Assembly (NCBI GenBank): GCA_043228905.1
Contig: JBHGNT010000008.1
Location: 17,794,001-17,858,000 of the forward strand
Length of the DNA: 64,000 nucleotides
Source of the DNA: Azolla caroliniana
Lineage: Eukaryota; Plantae; Polypodiophyta
Direction: 5' to 3'
The position numbers were made by a program, and so were the translations under genes. Below the pieces are notes generated by a model. The model was given only the letters and a program-made list of their open reading frames with translations. It made no database searches and was not told the origin of the DNA. This document shows positions 26,381 to 40,207 of the stretch, piece after piece (the stretch's first letter is position 1; each line of letters opens with the position of its first letter).

Positions 26381-27528
26381 CTCAAGGCCTCTTACATCCG
26401 ATACAAGTTCATGGTCCATTTGAAATGGTTGAATGGGACATTCTGGGCCCCTTTCCCGAGTCACAAGAAGGAAACAAATTCATCCTCGTCATAACCGAGT
26501 ACTTGACGCGCTGGGCTGATTTGACCACTATCCCAGATGCGAAGGCTACGACCATCACCACCAAACTATTGGAGAAAATCATCTTCCCCCACGGTTGCCC
26601 ATTGCAAATCTTGTCCGATTGGGGACCCTAATTCAACAGCGAGGTCCTACGTATTGTTTTGTACAGAATTAGGAATCCAACAATTATTCACGTCACCCTA
26701 TCATTGGTCGACAAATGGATAGACGGAGCGCCTCAACCGAACCTTAAAATAACAAATCTCGACCTACATGGATCCACTGCACTCGACCTAGGACTGGATC
26801 TTGCGCTTCGTTACACATGCCTACGACACAGCTTTGCAAGGCTCCACCCGCATTAACCCCTTTTGGGCCCTTTACGACAGGGACCCACGCTTACCCCTAG
26901 AAGTGGCAGTCCCGGAACCAACCACGCCACTCCACTCTAACGTAGTGTCCTGGTGGTCCCACCTGCAACAACTTCAGCCCCTCCTCCGCAAAGCCATCAT
27001 GAGCAACCTGCACGAAGCACAACTATGCCAAAAACGCCAACACGACGCATGCCGCACCGACCATCAATACCACGCCAGAGACAAAGTCCTCATCTTTTTC
27101 TCCATTCATCGTTGTGGCCTGAGCGAGTCACTCATGCACCGATGGATCAGTTCCTTCGAAGTTCAAAAGTAGATACACAACACTACATACCTGCTCTGCC
27201 GCACCTCAACAATCGCTCTACCTTCGCCCACCTGTCTTGCATTAAGCCCTTCCATCAGCTACCACCGCCCATGCCCATGCCCATGCCCGTGCCATTCCTC
27301 CGCCTAGAACCGTTGTCCACTGCCCGCAGCTCTCCGACCACCCATTAACTTTTTTTTACAAGGGGGAACTATGGTATTACCACGGATCCTAACCAAGGGC
27401 CCACCTAACCAGGGTCACATTAACCACACCCAAATTAGGCCCCTACCAAGACCCTAGAATTAGAAGAGCTAATTGGAACGGGAAAACCCCCACCACACAA
27501 AGAGTAGCCTATAAGATGTAACTTAGAG
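26381..27528 (+). mobile_element. Ty3/gypsy fragment: integrase 3' part, PPT and truncated 3' LTR
   Basis: WDILGPFPES...ITEYLTRW is paralogous to the 34491 integrase. PPT AAGGGGGAA lies at ~27360, and the LTR from 27372 matches the one at 30243. Confidence 0.88.
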
Positions 27529-28115
27529 CTTCGATTCCATGTCCTTGGCTATGAACTTTTGTTCCAATCAAGCCGAGAATTCAAGTCACAACACAATACC
27601 TATGCATCTTGAAATAACCCCAACATCAATTGGACATGCAACGGTCATAACCTCGTCCCTATATAGTAAAACATTGCATGCTCGAAATCTATCCCATTGG
27701 AGAAAACATTGCATGCTCTAATCGCATCACATTGGAAAACGCATGCACTTATTCTTCTTATCCATTGTTCGATTGCATATATTTCTAGCTTTAATTGAGT
27801 TCGAATGCACCCCATAAGGCAACTCACAAAATGAGATCATTGTGTCTTAAAATGACTCCGATCTGAATTCAACATGCAACCTTCTAATCTGGAGTCAAAA
27901 GCCTTCCCATTGCCTTGGGTACCTCGCTTATGCGAGTTTTTGTCATAACATTGTCCCCGAGTACCAAAATATTTTATTCTCCAAAACAATCACAATAGAA
28001 CAAAACATCCAATAATTTGTGTAATCAATTGTCAAAGTGCACCTCATGCTTGTTTTAAGCACACAAAAATGTGACCGCAATTCCATTCACAACACAAGAT
28101 CTCGGTATGTAGAAA

Positions 28116-28187
28116 TGAACCTGACGTGAATCGAACATGCAACCTTCTAATCTGGAGTGAGACGCGCTACCATTGCGCCACGGGTCT
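28116..28187 (-). pseudogene. tRNA-Trp pseudogene
   Basis: Several acceptor, anticodon-stem and T-stem substitutions. Confidence 0.75.
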
Positions 28188-29350
28188 CGCTTGTGGTTTG
28201 ATGTCATAACCTCGTCCACAAGTAGGTAAACATTATATCATCCAAAACAAATCATTCAACTATTCCTCGAATAAATTGCACGAACTAATTGATTTAATTC
28301 TACTCAACGGCTGAAAATTCTAGTCATAACACTAGATTTATGTATCTTCAAATGAACTCGACATAAATTGGACATGCAACCTTTTTATGTTTAGTCAGAC
28401 ACACATGCATTGCACCGCAGATCCTTATTGTACATGTTTTGAGGTCATTACTCGTCCGTAGAAACCAAATCATTGCCTACTCCAAAACCATCACATTGGA
28501 AAAGAACATGGACTTATTCCTCCAATCAATCTTCGATTCCATGTCCTTGTCTACTTAATTTTGTTCCAATAAGACCGAGAATTCAAGTAACAACACAATA
28601 CCTATGCATCTTGAAATAACCCTAACATGAATTGGACATGCAACGGTCATAACCTCATCCCTGTATAATAAAACATTGCATGCTCCAAATCCATTCCATT
28701 AGAAAGATAATGTACTTATTATTGTAATTCATTGTTCAATTATATGCGTTTCGTGACTTAATTGCATTCGAATGCGGCCCACAATTGAAGTCACAATAAT
28801 AGATTTTTGTATCTTGTAATGAACACGACATGAATCAAACATGCAACCTTCTTATCTAGAGTCAGATACACAAACATTGCACCGTGGATCCCGCTTTTGT
28901 GCACAAATTGATGTCATAATCTTGTCCGCTAGTACCAAAACATTGCATGCTCCAATGACATCACATTGGAAAACGCATGCACTTATTCTTCTTATCCATT
29001 TTTCGAGTGCATATATTTCTTGTCTTAATTGAGTTCGAAATGCACCCCACAATGCAACTCACAAAATGAGATCTTTGTGTTTTAAAATGACTACGATGTG
29101 AATTGAACATGCAACCTTCTAATTTGGACTCAAAAACCTTACCATTGCGCAAGGCACCTCGCTTATGCAAGTTTTTGTCATAACATTGTCCCCGAGTACC
29201 AAAATATTTTATTCTCCAACACAAACAGAATAGAATAAAACATCCAATTATTTGTGTAATCAATTGTCAAAGTGCACGTCATGCTTGTTTTCATTACACA
29301 AATATGTGGCCTTAATTCCAATCACAAAATAAGATCGTGGTATGTAGAAA

Positions 29351-29422
29351 TGAACCCGACGTGAATCGAACACACAACCTTCTGATCTGGAGTCAGACGC
29401 GCTACCATTGCGCCACGGATCC
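29351..29422 (-). tRNA. tRNA-Trp(CCA) variant C50T
   Basis: One substitution (U50-G64 wobble). Upstream CAA present, terminator weak (TTTCT). Confidence 0.82.
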
Positions 29423-32067
29423 CGCTTGTGGTTTGATGTTATAACGTTGTCTTGAAGTACGTTAACATTATCATCCAAAACAAATCATCCACGTATTCTT
29501 TTAATCAATTGCACAACTTAATTGATTTAATTGTACTCCACAACGGCCGAAAATTCTAGTCATAATACTAGATATATGTATCTTGAAATGAACTCGACAT
29601 GCAACGTTTTTATCTTTAGTCAGATGCACATGCACTGCACCGTAGATCCCTATTGTACATGTTTTGAGGTCATTAGTCATCCGTAGAAACTAAACCATTA
29701 CATACTTCAAGACCATCAAATTGGAAAATAACATGGACTTATTCCTCCAATCCATTCTTCGATTCCATGTCCTTGGCTACTTAATTTTGTTCCAATTAGG
29801 CCAAGAATTCAAGTCACAACACAATACCTATGCATCTTGAAATAACCCCAACATCAATTGGACATGCAACGGTCATAACGTCCTCCCTATATAGCAAAAC
29901 ATTGCATGCTCCAAATCTATCCCATTGGGAAAACCATGAACTTATTCTTGTAATTCATTGTTCAATTACATGCGTTTCGTGACTTAATTGCATTCGAATG
30001 CGGCCCACAATTCAAGTCATAACAATGGATTTTTGTATCTTGTTATGAACAAGATATTAATCAAACATGTTGCCTTCTTATGTAGAGTTAGGCACAGAAA
30101 CATTACACCATGGATCCCGCTTGTGTGCACAAATTGATGTCATAATCTGGTCCGCTAGTACGAAAACATTGCATGCTCCAATGGCATCACATTGGAAAAC
30201 GAATGCACTTATTCTTCTTATCAATTGTTCGATTGCATATTTCGGTATTACCACGGATCCTAATCAAGGCCCAACCTAACCAGGGTCACATTGACCACAC
30301 CCAAATGAGGCCCCTACCAAGCCCCTAGAATTAGAAGAGCTAATTGGAGCGGGAAAACACCCACCACTCGAAGGGTAGCCTATAAGATGTAACTTAGAAC
30401 GTAATGGAAAGGGAGCTATTTTGAGAGTATTTCACATCTTGGTGGAGAAGACGGGTAAAGCAGACCCAATTCACAACGCTAACAACACACTCCACGATGC
30501 AACACGATAACATTAATGGCAACGCGAACTCCATGAATCCGGAATTCCTACAACAACAAACTCAAGAACATCAACCCACATCGCCAATTGACCAATTGGT
30601 TCAGGCCCTGTCCAACATTATTTTATAAGTTAACCATACTAACCAAGCCATGTTGTCATTCCTCTTAGCATGATCCGAGCCACAACAGAATCTCTCGGAC
30701 CGTTGAGTTCGCCCAAAACCATTCTCCCGCCTACCATCGGAAGACGTCCTCGCTTGGCTAGATCATTTCGAAATGGTGGCCAGTTACCACCAATGGCTAC
30801 ACCCACGGAAGGCAATGGAAATGAACACATTCCTCGAGAATATCGCAGCAACATGGCTCATACAACAACTCGAGGAGACACGCAAGGACTTGGATCTGTT
30901 ACGGGCAACCATTATTCAGAATTTTGTTCATCAGGACTTCCGTCAAATGGCCCTACAACAACTCGAGTTAATCGCAAAACAGCCATGCGAACCCATCACC
31001 CAGTTCATGGTTCGGTTTGTGCAGATCCTACGTCAGGCTGATGCCAACTTGTCGGAAGACATGAAGTTGTTTTTCTTCTAGCCGCGGATTCGGCACCCCC
31101 TCTGCCGCCGTGTTCGCGATCAAGGCCGGAAGACACTACACGAACCCATCCTCACAACCCAACACATCGAAGCTACAGACGCACACGACCTGCACACACC
31201 AAGTGATCTCCATCACGATCATACAAACACTATGCCAGCTGCCACTCCCATGGATATCAACGTCCAGAACGTGGAGTTATGCACCAAGCATGCATTGCCC
31301 GACAGAGACAGCCAGGGACGCCCCAAATGTTTCTACTGCAACAACTATGGCCACATCCGGCGTCAGTTCCGAAAATGGCAAAATCAACAATAGAAGTAGA
31401 ACGTCCAATTAGCTGACGTTGCCTGCCTCTCAGAGCTCCCGAAAAACTAATGCGCGGGGTGCCGTAGGGAGAGCCGCCCTTGCACGTCCATGCCTCCACG
31501 TCATCAACTTCTCCTGTTTATACCACGATCAAGCCGCCCCCGCACGTCCACGCCTCCATTTCATCAACTTCTCCCGTTTGTACCATGATCGCCCGCCTCC
31601 AGCACACGACCCAAGAAGTTCTCCTCGACTCCGGCCGCAACATCTCTTCCATCAGTGCAGATTTAGTCGCCCAATTGCAACTTCCCACGAGCCACGCACT
31701 GCCCATTAAAATCCTCTTCGGCGACCAACAACGGTTGTACCACTCACATACGCAAGTCATGTGCATGCTCACCATTAGTTTCGCCCGGATCCAACATCGT
31801 TTCTACGTCCGCCCACGTGAAGTGTTCCCAATCACCCTGGGCTGCAATTGGTTCCTCCATAATCGAGCATGTCTTGATTTCTACTCACAACAGTTGGTCC
31901 TCCCCAATCACCTTCCGATCGCGCTCTTCACTAATCCACGAGATACCACCCACATTAGCAACAAACATTACCTGGTATCACCGATAGAGCGCATTCACGA
32001 CATCGGAGGGCTCCTAGCCACCTTTCCCTCGCTGTCTACACCACCTACAAAGCCTCCCTCGGTCCGT

Positions 32068-32533
32068 TGTCGTGATGATTTTCGGCAATGGTGTAAAAAT
32101 CACATAAGACGTACGAAATCAAGTGTCAATCATATAAAACGATAATAGTGAATATACTAATTCTAAGTAAGTTTAATATCTTAGTATAAAAGACGAAGAT
32201 CTTGAAGAGGTCTACTTTACTACATAAGAAACGAACATCTAAGTGTCAACTTATGTGGGTAAGAAGTTGCGAAAAAAAGAGAGAAATTTGTAAGATATCC
32301 CACATAGACAGGACGAATAAGGCTCTCACCATATATAATGTAGAGCAAAAGTTATTATCTTTGTGTCTATGTGTGGAGCATAGAGAGTTAGAGTGGAGGT
32401 GGCCTAGCCACTCGTAAAGGTTTTGGCCAACCAAAATGGAACCGGACGGTAACTGGTGATCGACATGTGCCAGCGGCGGTGGAGCTGGTGATCCCGCCTC
32501 GCAATCCGCGCCTAGTGACGGATCTTCACGACA
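32068..32533. mobile_element. Solo LTR-like insertion (466 bp) between gypsy protease and RT
   Basis: Termini TGTCGTGA...TCACGACA, composition shift, interrupts the reading frame. TSD unclear (CCGT/CCAC). Confidence 0.72.
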
Positions 32534-33574
32534 CCACTTTCTAATCCATCACACGATTCCTACAAGCAACGCACGCCCCATTAGCGTAGCTCCCCGACGT
32601 CGCTCCCCTCTTGACCACGAGCGCATCGACAACGCTGTCAAAACTATGGATCTCGGACCCACACATGGTAAGAAAAGGGGACGACTCTTACCGTTTTTGT
32701 GTCGACTTCCGACAACTGAATGATGTAACCACCCATGACCGATATCCTCTCCCTCGTATCGACGACCTCCTCGACCAGCTCGGCAAATCAAAGTACTTCT
32801 CTTCCCTCGATCTGGCCTCAGGATATTGGCAGATCCCTATGAATCCTGAAGATGCCCACAAAACTGCATTCAGCACTAGGAAATGCATTTTTCAGTTCAC
32901 ACGGATGCCCTTCAGCCTATCAGACGCTGGGAGCACATTCCAGTGAATGGCTAACGCCATCTTTGACAATCTCATCACCCGTCGCGTCGTTATCATCTAT
33001 TTGGAAGATATTATGATACATACAAGCACTTGGGCGGAACACCTCCAAGTCCTTAAGGAGGTCCTAACTTGTGCTCAATGTTATCGATTGCAGCTACAAT
33101 GGAAGAAGTGTCGTTGGGGTAGTACGCGCCTCCGTTTCCTCGGGTACGTCATCTCCTCCGACGGAATACAGATGGACCGAGAGAAGACGGAAGCAGTCCA
33201 AAAATTCCCACGCCCCACCACAGTCAAGCAGCTTCAACGCTTCCTCGGCCTCCTCACATTCTCTCTCCACTTCATCCCACGGCTAACCGACCTGTCAACC
33301 CCGCTATGCGCGCTCCTGCAAAAAGACGCACCCTTCCTATGGACCGATGCCTGCGAATCCAGCTTCCTGCAGCTCAAGCGAACGCTCCAAGCCTCTGACC
33401 TCTTGGCACACCCTGATTTCACAAAGCCTTTCCATTTGCAGATCAATGCCTCCAACGTCGGCCTTGGCGCGGTCCTGCTCCAATCCGACGACAACGACCA
33501 ACTACGCCTGATTATCTACATAAGCCGGTCACTTACCAAAGCCGAACAAAATTACTCGACAACCGAAAAAGAGT

Positions 33575-34506
33575 TGCTTGCCGTAGTCTGGGCATTCCAT
33601 TGTTTCCACCCGTACCCTACACGGATCAAACACATTAGTCGAAATCGATCATCATCCATTTCGCTCCCTCATAAAGAAGGCTCACCCACCCGGTCGCTTA
33701 CTCTGTTGGGCTTTGCCGCTGCAGGATTACACATTCACTCTGCACTATCGTCGCAGTCCCCAAAACATCGTCGTCGATGGATTATCCCGCATATCCTTCC
33801 AAGCGAACCAAATCGCCTCCGGCACAATCGATTTCCCCGTATCCTTGTCCCAAATGGCCAACATGCAACAACATGACAAAAAGATCCAAGACATCTACCA
33901 CCACCTACGAGCCGAGCCCACATCATCCCTCACGAAGATCGAGGATAATGTCCTGGGTCTATGTGTTTGAGCAACTGCGCCTGTCTTACCTTCGTTTCTT
34001 CCATGATCACCCGTTTCCGGCCACTTGGGTTTTCACAAGGTGCTTGCCGTAGTCTGGGCATTCCATTGTTTCCACCCGTACCCTACACGGATCAAACACA
34101 TTAGTCGAAATCGATCATCATCCATTTCGCTCCCTCATAAAGAAGGCTCACCCACCCGGTCGCTTACTCTGTTGGGCTTTGCCGCTGCAGGATTACACAT
34201 TCACTCTGCACTATCGTCGCAGTCCCCAAAACATCGTCGTCGATGGATTATCCCGCATATCCTTCCAAGCGAACCAAATCGCCTCCGGCACAATCGATTT
34301 CCCCGTATCCTTGTCCCAAATGGCCAACATGCAACAACATGACAAAAAGATCCAAGACATCTACCACCACCTACGAGCCGAGCCCACATCATCCCTCACG
34401 AAGATCGAGGATAATGTCCTGGGTCTATGTGTTTGAGCAACTGCGCCTGTCTTACCTTCGTTTCTTCCATGATCACCCGTTTCCGGCCACTTGGGTTTTC
34501 ACAAGG
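33575..34506 (+). repeat. 466-bp tandem duplication in the gypsy RNase H-integrase junction
   Basis: 33575-34040 repeats at 34041-34506, and the ORF track shows identical peptides offset by 466. Confidence 0.93.
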
Positions 34507-35490
34507 TGTTAGACAAAATCCGCCGCAAATTCTATTGGCTGGGGCTACGCCATGAGGTCGCCTCCTACATCAAAGCATGCAATTCATGTAAGGCCATCAA
34601 ATCACCTCAAGTGGCTCAAGGCCTCTTACATCCGATACAGGTTCAAGCTCCATTTGAAATTGTCGAATGGGACATTTTGGGCCCCTTTCCCGAGTCACAA
34701 GAAGAGAACAGATTCATCCTCGTCATAACCGAGTACTTGATGCGTTGGGCTAAGACGGCCGCTATCCCATATGCGAAGGCTACGACAATTGCCACCAAAC
34801 TATTGGAGAAAATCATCATCCCCCATGGTTGCCCACTCCAAATCTTGTCCAATCGAGGACCCCAGTTCAATAGCGAGGTCCTACGTCTCGTTTCCACACA
34901 ATTAGGACTCCAACAATTATTCATGTCACCCTACCATCCGCAGACGAATGGATTGACGAAGCACCTCAACCAAACCTTAAAACAACAAAACTCGGCCTAC
35001 AACGATCTGCTGCACTCGACCTGGGACCGGATCTTGCCATTCGTTACACACGCCTACAACACAATTGTGCAAGCCTCCACTCGCAGTAGCGCCTTCTGGG
35101 CCCTTTACAACAGGAACCCGCGCTTACCCCCACAAGTGGTAGTCTTGCAACCAACCATGCCACTCCATTCCGACGCAGTGTCTTGCTGGTCCCACCTACA
35201 ACAACTCCGGCCCCACCTCCGCAAAGCAATCACGAGCAACCTGCCTCAAGCATAGCTACGCCAAAGATGCCAACACGATGCACGCAACCCCGACCATCAA
35301 TACCACGCCCGTGACAAAGTCCTCATCTATTTCCCCATCCGTCGCCACGGCCTGAATGAGTTGCTCATGCCTCGATGGATCGGTCCCTTCGAGGTTTAAA
35401 ACCAAATATGCAACACTACATACCTACTTTGCGTGACTCCCACAACCGCTCAACCTTCCAATCACAACACAAGATCTTGGTATGTAAAAA

Positions 35491-35562
35491 TGAACCCGAC
35501 ATTAATCGAACACACAACCTTTTGATCTGGAGTCAGACGGGCTAACATTATGCCACGAATCC
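35491..35562 (-). pseudogene. tRNA-Trp pseudogene
   Basis: CCA anticodon loop kept, many stem mutations. Confidence 0.72.
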
Positions 35563-37053
35563 CGCTTGTGGTTTCATGTCATAACCTCGTCCTCAAGTAG
35601 GTAAACATTCTATCATCCAAAAGAAATAATTCACCTATTCCTCAAATCAATTGCACGAACTAATTGATTTAATTCTACTCCACAACGGCCGAACATTCTA
35701 CTCATAACACTAGATCGATGTATCTTGAAACGAACTCGACATAAATCGGACATGCAACATTTTTATCTATAGTCAAACGCACATGCATTGCACCGTGGAT
35801 CCCTATCGTACAAGTTTTGAGGTCATAAATCGTCCATAGAAACCAAACCATTCCATACTCCAAAACCATCACATTGGAAAAGAACATGGACTTATTCCTC
35901 CAATCCATTCTTCGATTCCATGTCCTTTTCTACTTAATTTTTTTCCAAGAAGGCCGAGAATTCATGTCACAACAGAATACCTATGGATCTGGAAATAACC
36001 CCAACATGAATTGGACATGCAACGGTCATAACGTCGTCCGTGTATAGTAAAACATTGCATGCTCCAAATCCATCCAATTCGAAAAAACATGAACTTATTC
36101 ATGTAATTCATTGTTCAATTACATGCGTTTCATGACTTAATGGCATTCAAATGCGGCCCACAAATCGGGTCACAACAATGGATTTTCGTATCTTGTAATG
36201 AACACGGCATAAATCAAACATGTAACCTTTTGATCTAGAGGGAAACACACAAGCATTGCAGCATGGATCCCGCTTGTGTGCACAAATTCATGACATAATC
36301 TTGTCCGCGAGTACCAAAACATTGGATATTCCAATGGCATCACATCGGAAAACGCTTGTAGTTATTCCTCTTATTCATTGTTCGATTGCATATATTACTT
36401 GTCTTAATTGAGTTCGAATGCACTGTACAACTCAACTCACAACATCAGATCTTTGTGTCTTTAAATGCAACCCAGAATTCAAGTCACAACAATATATTTT
36501 TGTATCTTGTAATGAACACGACATGAATCGAACATGCAACATTCTTATCCAGAGTCAAACACACCAGCATGGCACCATGGATCCCGCTTGTGTACAAAAA
36601 TTGATGTCATAATCTTGTCCGCTAGTACACAAACATTGCATGCTCCAATGGCATCACATTGAAAAACACATGCATTTATTCTTCTCGTTGACTTAATTCA
36701 GTTCAATTGCATATATTTCTTGACTTAATTCAGTTCGAATGCACCCCACAACTCAACTCACAACATGCAATCTTTGTGTTTTAAAATGACTCCGATGTGA
36801 ATTGAATATGTAACCTTGTAATTTGGACTCAATAGCCTTGCCATTGTGCTAGGCACCTCGCTTATGCAAGTTTTTGTCATAGCATTGTCCCCAAGTACCA
36901 AAATATTTTATTCTCCAAAACAATCAAATTAAAACAAAATATCCAATTATTCGTGTAATCAAATTATAGTCAAAATGTACGTCATGCTTGTTTTAATGAC
37001 ACAAAAATGTGGTCGCAACACCAATCACTACACAAGATCTTGGTATGTAGAAA

Positions 37054-37125
37054 TGAACCCGATGTGAATAGAACACCCAAGCTTCTTATCTGGAGTCAGA
37101 CGTGCTACCATTGCGCCACGGATCC
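37054..37125 (-). pseudogene. tRNA-Trp pseudogene
   Basis: 5' half near canonical, T loop (B box) mutated. Confidence 0.72.
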
Positions 37126-38023
37126 CGCTTGTAGTTTGATTTCATAACCTCGTCGTCAAGTAGGTAAACATTGTATCATCAAAAACAAATCATCCACGTA
37201 TTCTTCGAATCAATTGCACGACTTAATTGTTTTAATTGTACTACACAACGGCCGAAAATTCTAGTCATATCACTAGATCTATGTATCTGGAAATGAGCTC
37301 GACATAAATCGGCCATGCAACCGTTTTATCTTTAGTCAAACGCACATGCATTGCACCGTGGATCCCTATTGTACATTTTTTGATGTCATAACTCGTCCGT
37401 AAAAACCAAACCATTGCATACTCTAAACCATCACATTGGAAAGGAAAATGGACTTATTCCACCAATCTAATCTTTTATTCCATGTCGTTGTCTACTTAAT
37501 TTTGTTCCAATAAAGCGGAGAATTCAAGTCACAACACAATACCTATGCATCTTGAAATAACCCTAACATGAATTGGACATGCAACGGTCATAACCTCATT
37601 CCTGTATAGTAAAACATTGCATGCTCCAAATCCATCCCATTAGAAAAAACATGAACTTATTCTTGTAATTTATTGTTCAATTACATGCATTTCGTGACTT
37701 AATTGCATTCGAATGCGGCCCACAATTGAAGTCACAACAATAGATTTTTGTTTCTTGTAATGAACACGACATGAATGGAATATGCAACCTTGTAATTTGG
37801 ACTCAAAAGCCTTGTCATTGCGTTAAGCACCTCGCTTATGCAAGTTTTTGTCATAGCATTGTTCCCGAGTACCAAAATATTTTATTCTCCAAAACAATCA
37901 TAATAGAACAAAACATCAAATTTTTTGTGTGATCAATTGTCAAACTGCACGTCATGCTTCTTTTAATTACACAAAAAAGTGACCGCAATTGTAATCACAA
38001 CACAAGATCTTAGTATGTAGAAA

Positions 38024-38088
38024 TGAACCCGACGTGAATCAAACACGCAACCTTCTGATCTGGAGTTAGACGCTCTACCATTGGATCT
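38024..38088 (-). pseudogene. tRNA-Trp pseudogene with 5' deletion (also C23A)
   Basis: 3' two-thirds align, and the acceptor/D-stem 5' strand is deleted. Confidence 0.68.
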
Positions 38089-40150
38089 CGCTTCCTGTTG
38101 GATGTCATAACCTCGTCCTCTACTAGGTAAACAATGTGTCATCCAAAACAAAACATTCACCTATTCCTCCAATCAATTGCACGAACTAATTGATTTATTT
38201 GTACTCCACAACGGCCGAAAATTCTAGTCATAACACTAGATCTATGTATCTTTAAATGAACTCGACATAAATCGGACATGCAACATTTTTATCTTTAGTC
38301 AAACGCACATGCATTGCACCGTGGATCCCTATTGTACATGTTTTGAGGTTATAACTCGTCCGTAGAAACCAAACCATTGCATACTTCAAAACCATCCTAT
38401 TGGAAAAGAACATGGACTTATTCCTCCAATCCATTCTTCGATTCCATGTCTTTGTCTACTTAATTTTGTTCTAATAAGGCTGAGAATTCATGTCACAACA
38501 CAATACCTATGCATCTTGAAATAACCTGAACATGAATTGGACCTGCAACGGTTATAACCTCGTCCCTGTATAGTAAAACATTGGATTCTCCAAATATATC
38601 CCATTAGAGAAAACATGAACTTATTCTTGTAATTCATTGTTCAATTAGATGCATTTCTTGACTTAATTGTATTGGACTTATTCCCCTACTCCATTTGTTC
38701 GATTTGTGTATCTTTGTTGACATAATTCAGTTGCAATGCAGCCCACAAATCAATTTACAACATTAGATCTATGTATCTTAAAATGAATTCGATGTGAATG
38801 GAACACGCAACCTTTTGGTTTGGAGTTAAAATTGTTGTCATTGCGCCAAGGATCCCATTGGTATATTTATTTTCCTAACCTTCTCCACAAGTACTAAAAT
38901 ATTGCATTCTCCAGAATCATTAGATTTGAACAAAACATCCACTTATTCCTTTAATTAATTGTTGGATTCCACATCCTACTCGATTTACTTGCATTGCAAT
39001 GCGGCCTGTAATTCTAATCAAAACACTAGATCGATGTGTCTTCAAAGGATACTAACATGAATTGAAAATGCATCCGTCTGATCTATAGTTAGACGCATGG
39101 ATTGTATGTGTTTTTATGTTGTAAACTTATCCCCATGTACCAAAACATTGGATGCTTTTAACCCATCATATTGGAAAAAAGCATGCACTTATTCCTCTAA
39201 TCCATGGTTCCAATGCATATTCTCGATTTAATTGAGTTGGAATGTGGCCTACAATTCAAATCACAACACTAGATATATGTATCTTAAAATGACCTGATGT
39301 GAATTGAACACACAAACTTCTTATTTGGAGTTGGATGCGCTACCTTTGCGCCACATATCCGGCTTCTACCTGTTTTGGTGTCATAACCTCATGCTTGTGT
39401 ACCAAAACATTGGATGCTCCAAAATCATCACTTTAGAACAAAACCTCCACTTATTCCTCTAATCAATTGTCGGATTGCATGTCTTGCTTGATTTAATTGC
39501 ACTCAAATGTAGCCCACAATTTCAGTCACAATAATAGATGACATCAACAGTAAATGTACATATTTTTAAATCATGTAACCTTCTAAGCTAAAGTAAGATG
39601 TACAACCATTTTGCCAAAGATCCTACATAACGAAACACACTATTAACATTAAGGAGATGTAGCTTGTGCCCTAAAAGAGAGACACACATTAAGGATCTTA
39701 TTTGTGGGAGGACCACACTAGCAATAAGCATGGTTCGGTTTCGGTTCAATTCAGTTTCTTGCCTTGAAACCGAACCAAACCATTTATATAAAACAAAAGC
39801 CAAGCCAAACCATTTATGAACTCTCAAGCCATTTAAACCAAACCTTTTAAGAAAAGGGAAACGAAACTATTTAAACCTAATTTGTTTAGGGAAAAGGTGA
39901 ACCCAAACCAAACCATTTAATAATAAAAAATTAAACCAAACCATTTAAGTTAATCTAATCAAATTACTCGTTAAGAGTCAAACCCAACTTTCCCAATGGA
40001 ATGGCTTACACACTAGCAATGCACACTCTTGGTTCAAGCAAGTTTTGTAAATAGTAAAAAAGGTACTTGGTATTTAAACCAACTCTTTTGTAACCAAGTT
40101 ACTGTTTTATGTATTATTGGTTCTAACCATTCTTCTTGCTAATACCACTT

Positions 40151-40160
40151 TTCTCTCTCT

Positions 40161-40207
<47 letters not shown>

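Larger units (their letters stand above)
30243..35458 (+). mobile_element. Ty3/gypsy LTR retrotransposon, decayed, 3'-truncated
   Basis: Short 5' LTR 30243-30436. PBS-like TGGTGGAGAAGACGGG at 30440. Gag knuckle CFYCNNYGH at ~31330, protease LLDSG, RT FCVDFRQLN...YPLPRIDD...DLASGYWQ, RNase H NASNVGLGAVL, integrase 34491-35255, in PR-RT-RH-IN order. Confidence 0.93.
2027..39540 (-). repeat. tRNA-Trp-derived tandem array with 5-monomer higher-order repeat (interrupted by TEs at 3315-7258, 26381-27528, 30243-35458)
   Basis: 72-nt tRNA-Trp homologues recur every ~186-331 bp, e.g. 7443, 7774, 7960, 8200, 8466 (truncated), with homologous spacers. The unit period is 1162-1258 bp in 7.3-25.2 kb. Confidence 0.93.

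Noticed and set aside
30250-30262. CCACGGATCC near the gypsy LTR start equals the complement of the tRNA-Trp 5' end
   Set aside because: The match is only 10 bp, not at the PBS position, and compatible with chance.
32068-34506. Solo LTR and nearby tandem duplication are both 466 bp
   Set aside because: No sequence relationship, so treated as coincidence.
39730-39965. AAACCAAACCATTT/GGTTCGGTTT motif cluster suggesting a DNA-transposon subterminal region
   Set aside because: No terminal inverted repeats or TSD could be defined.
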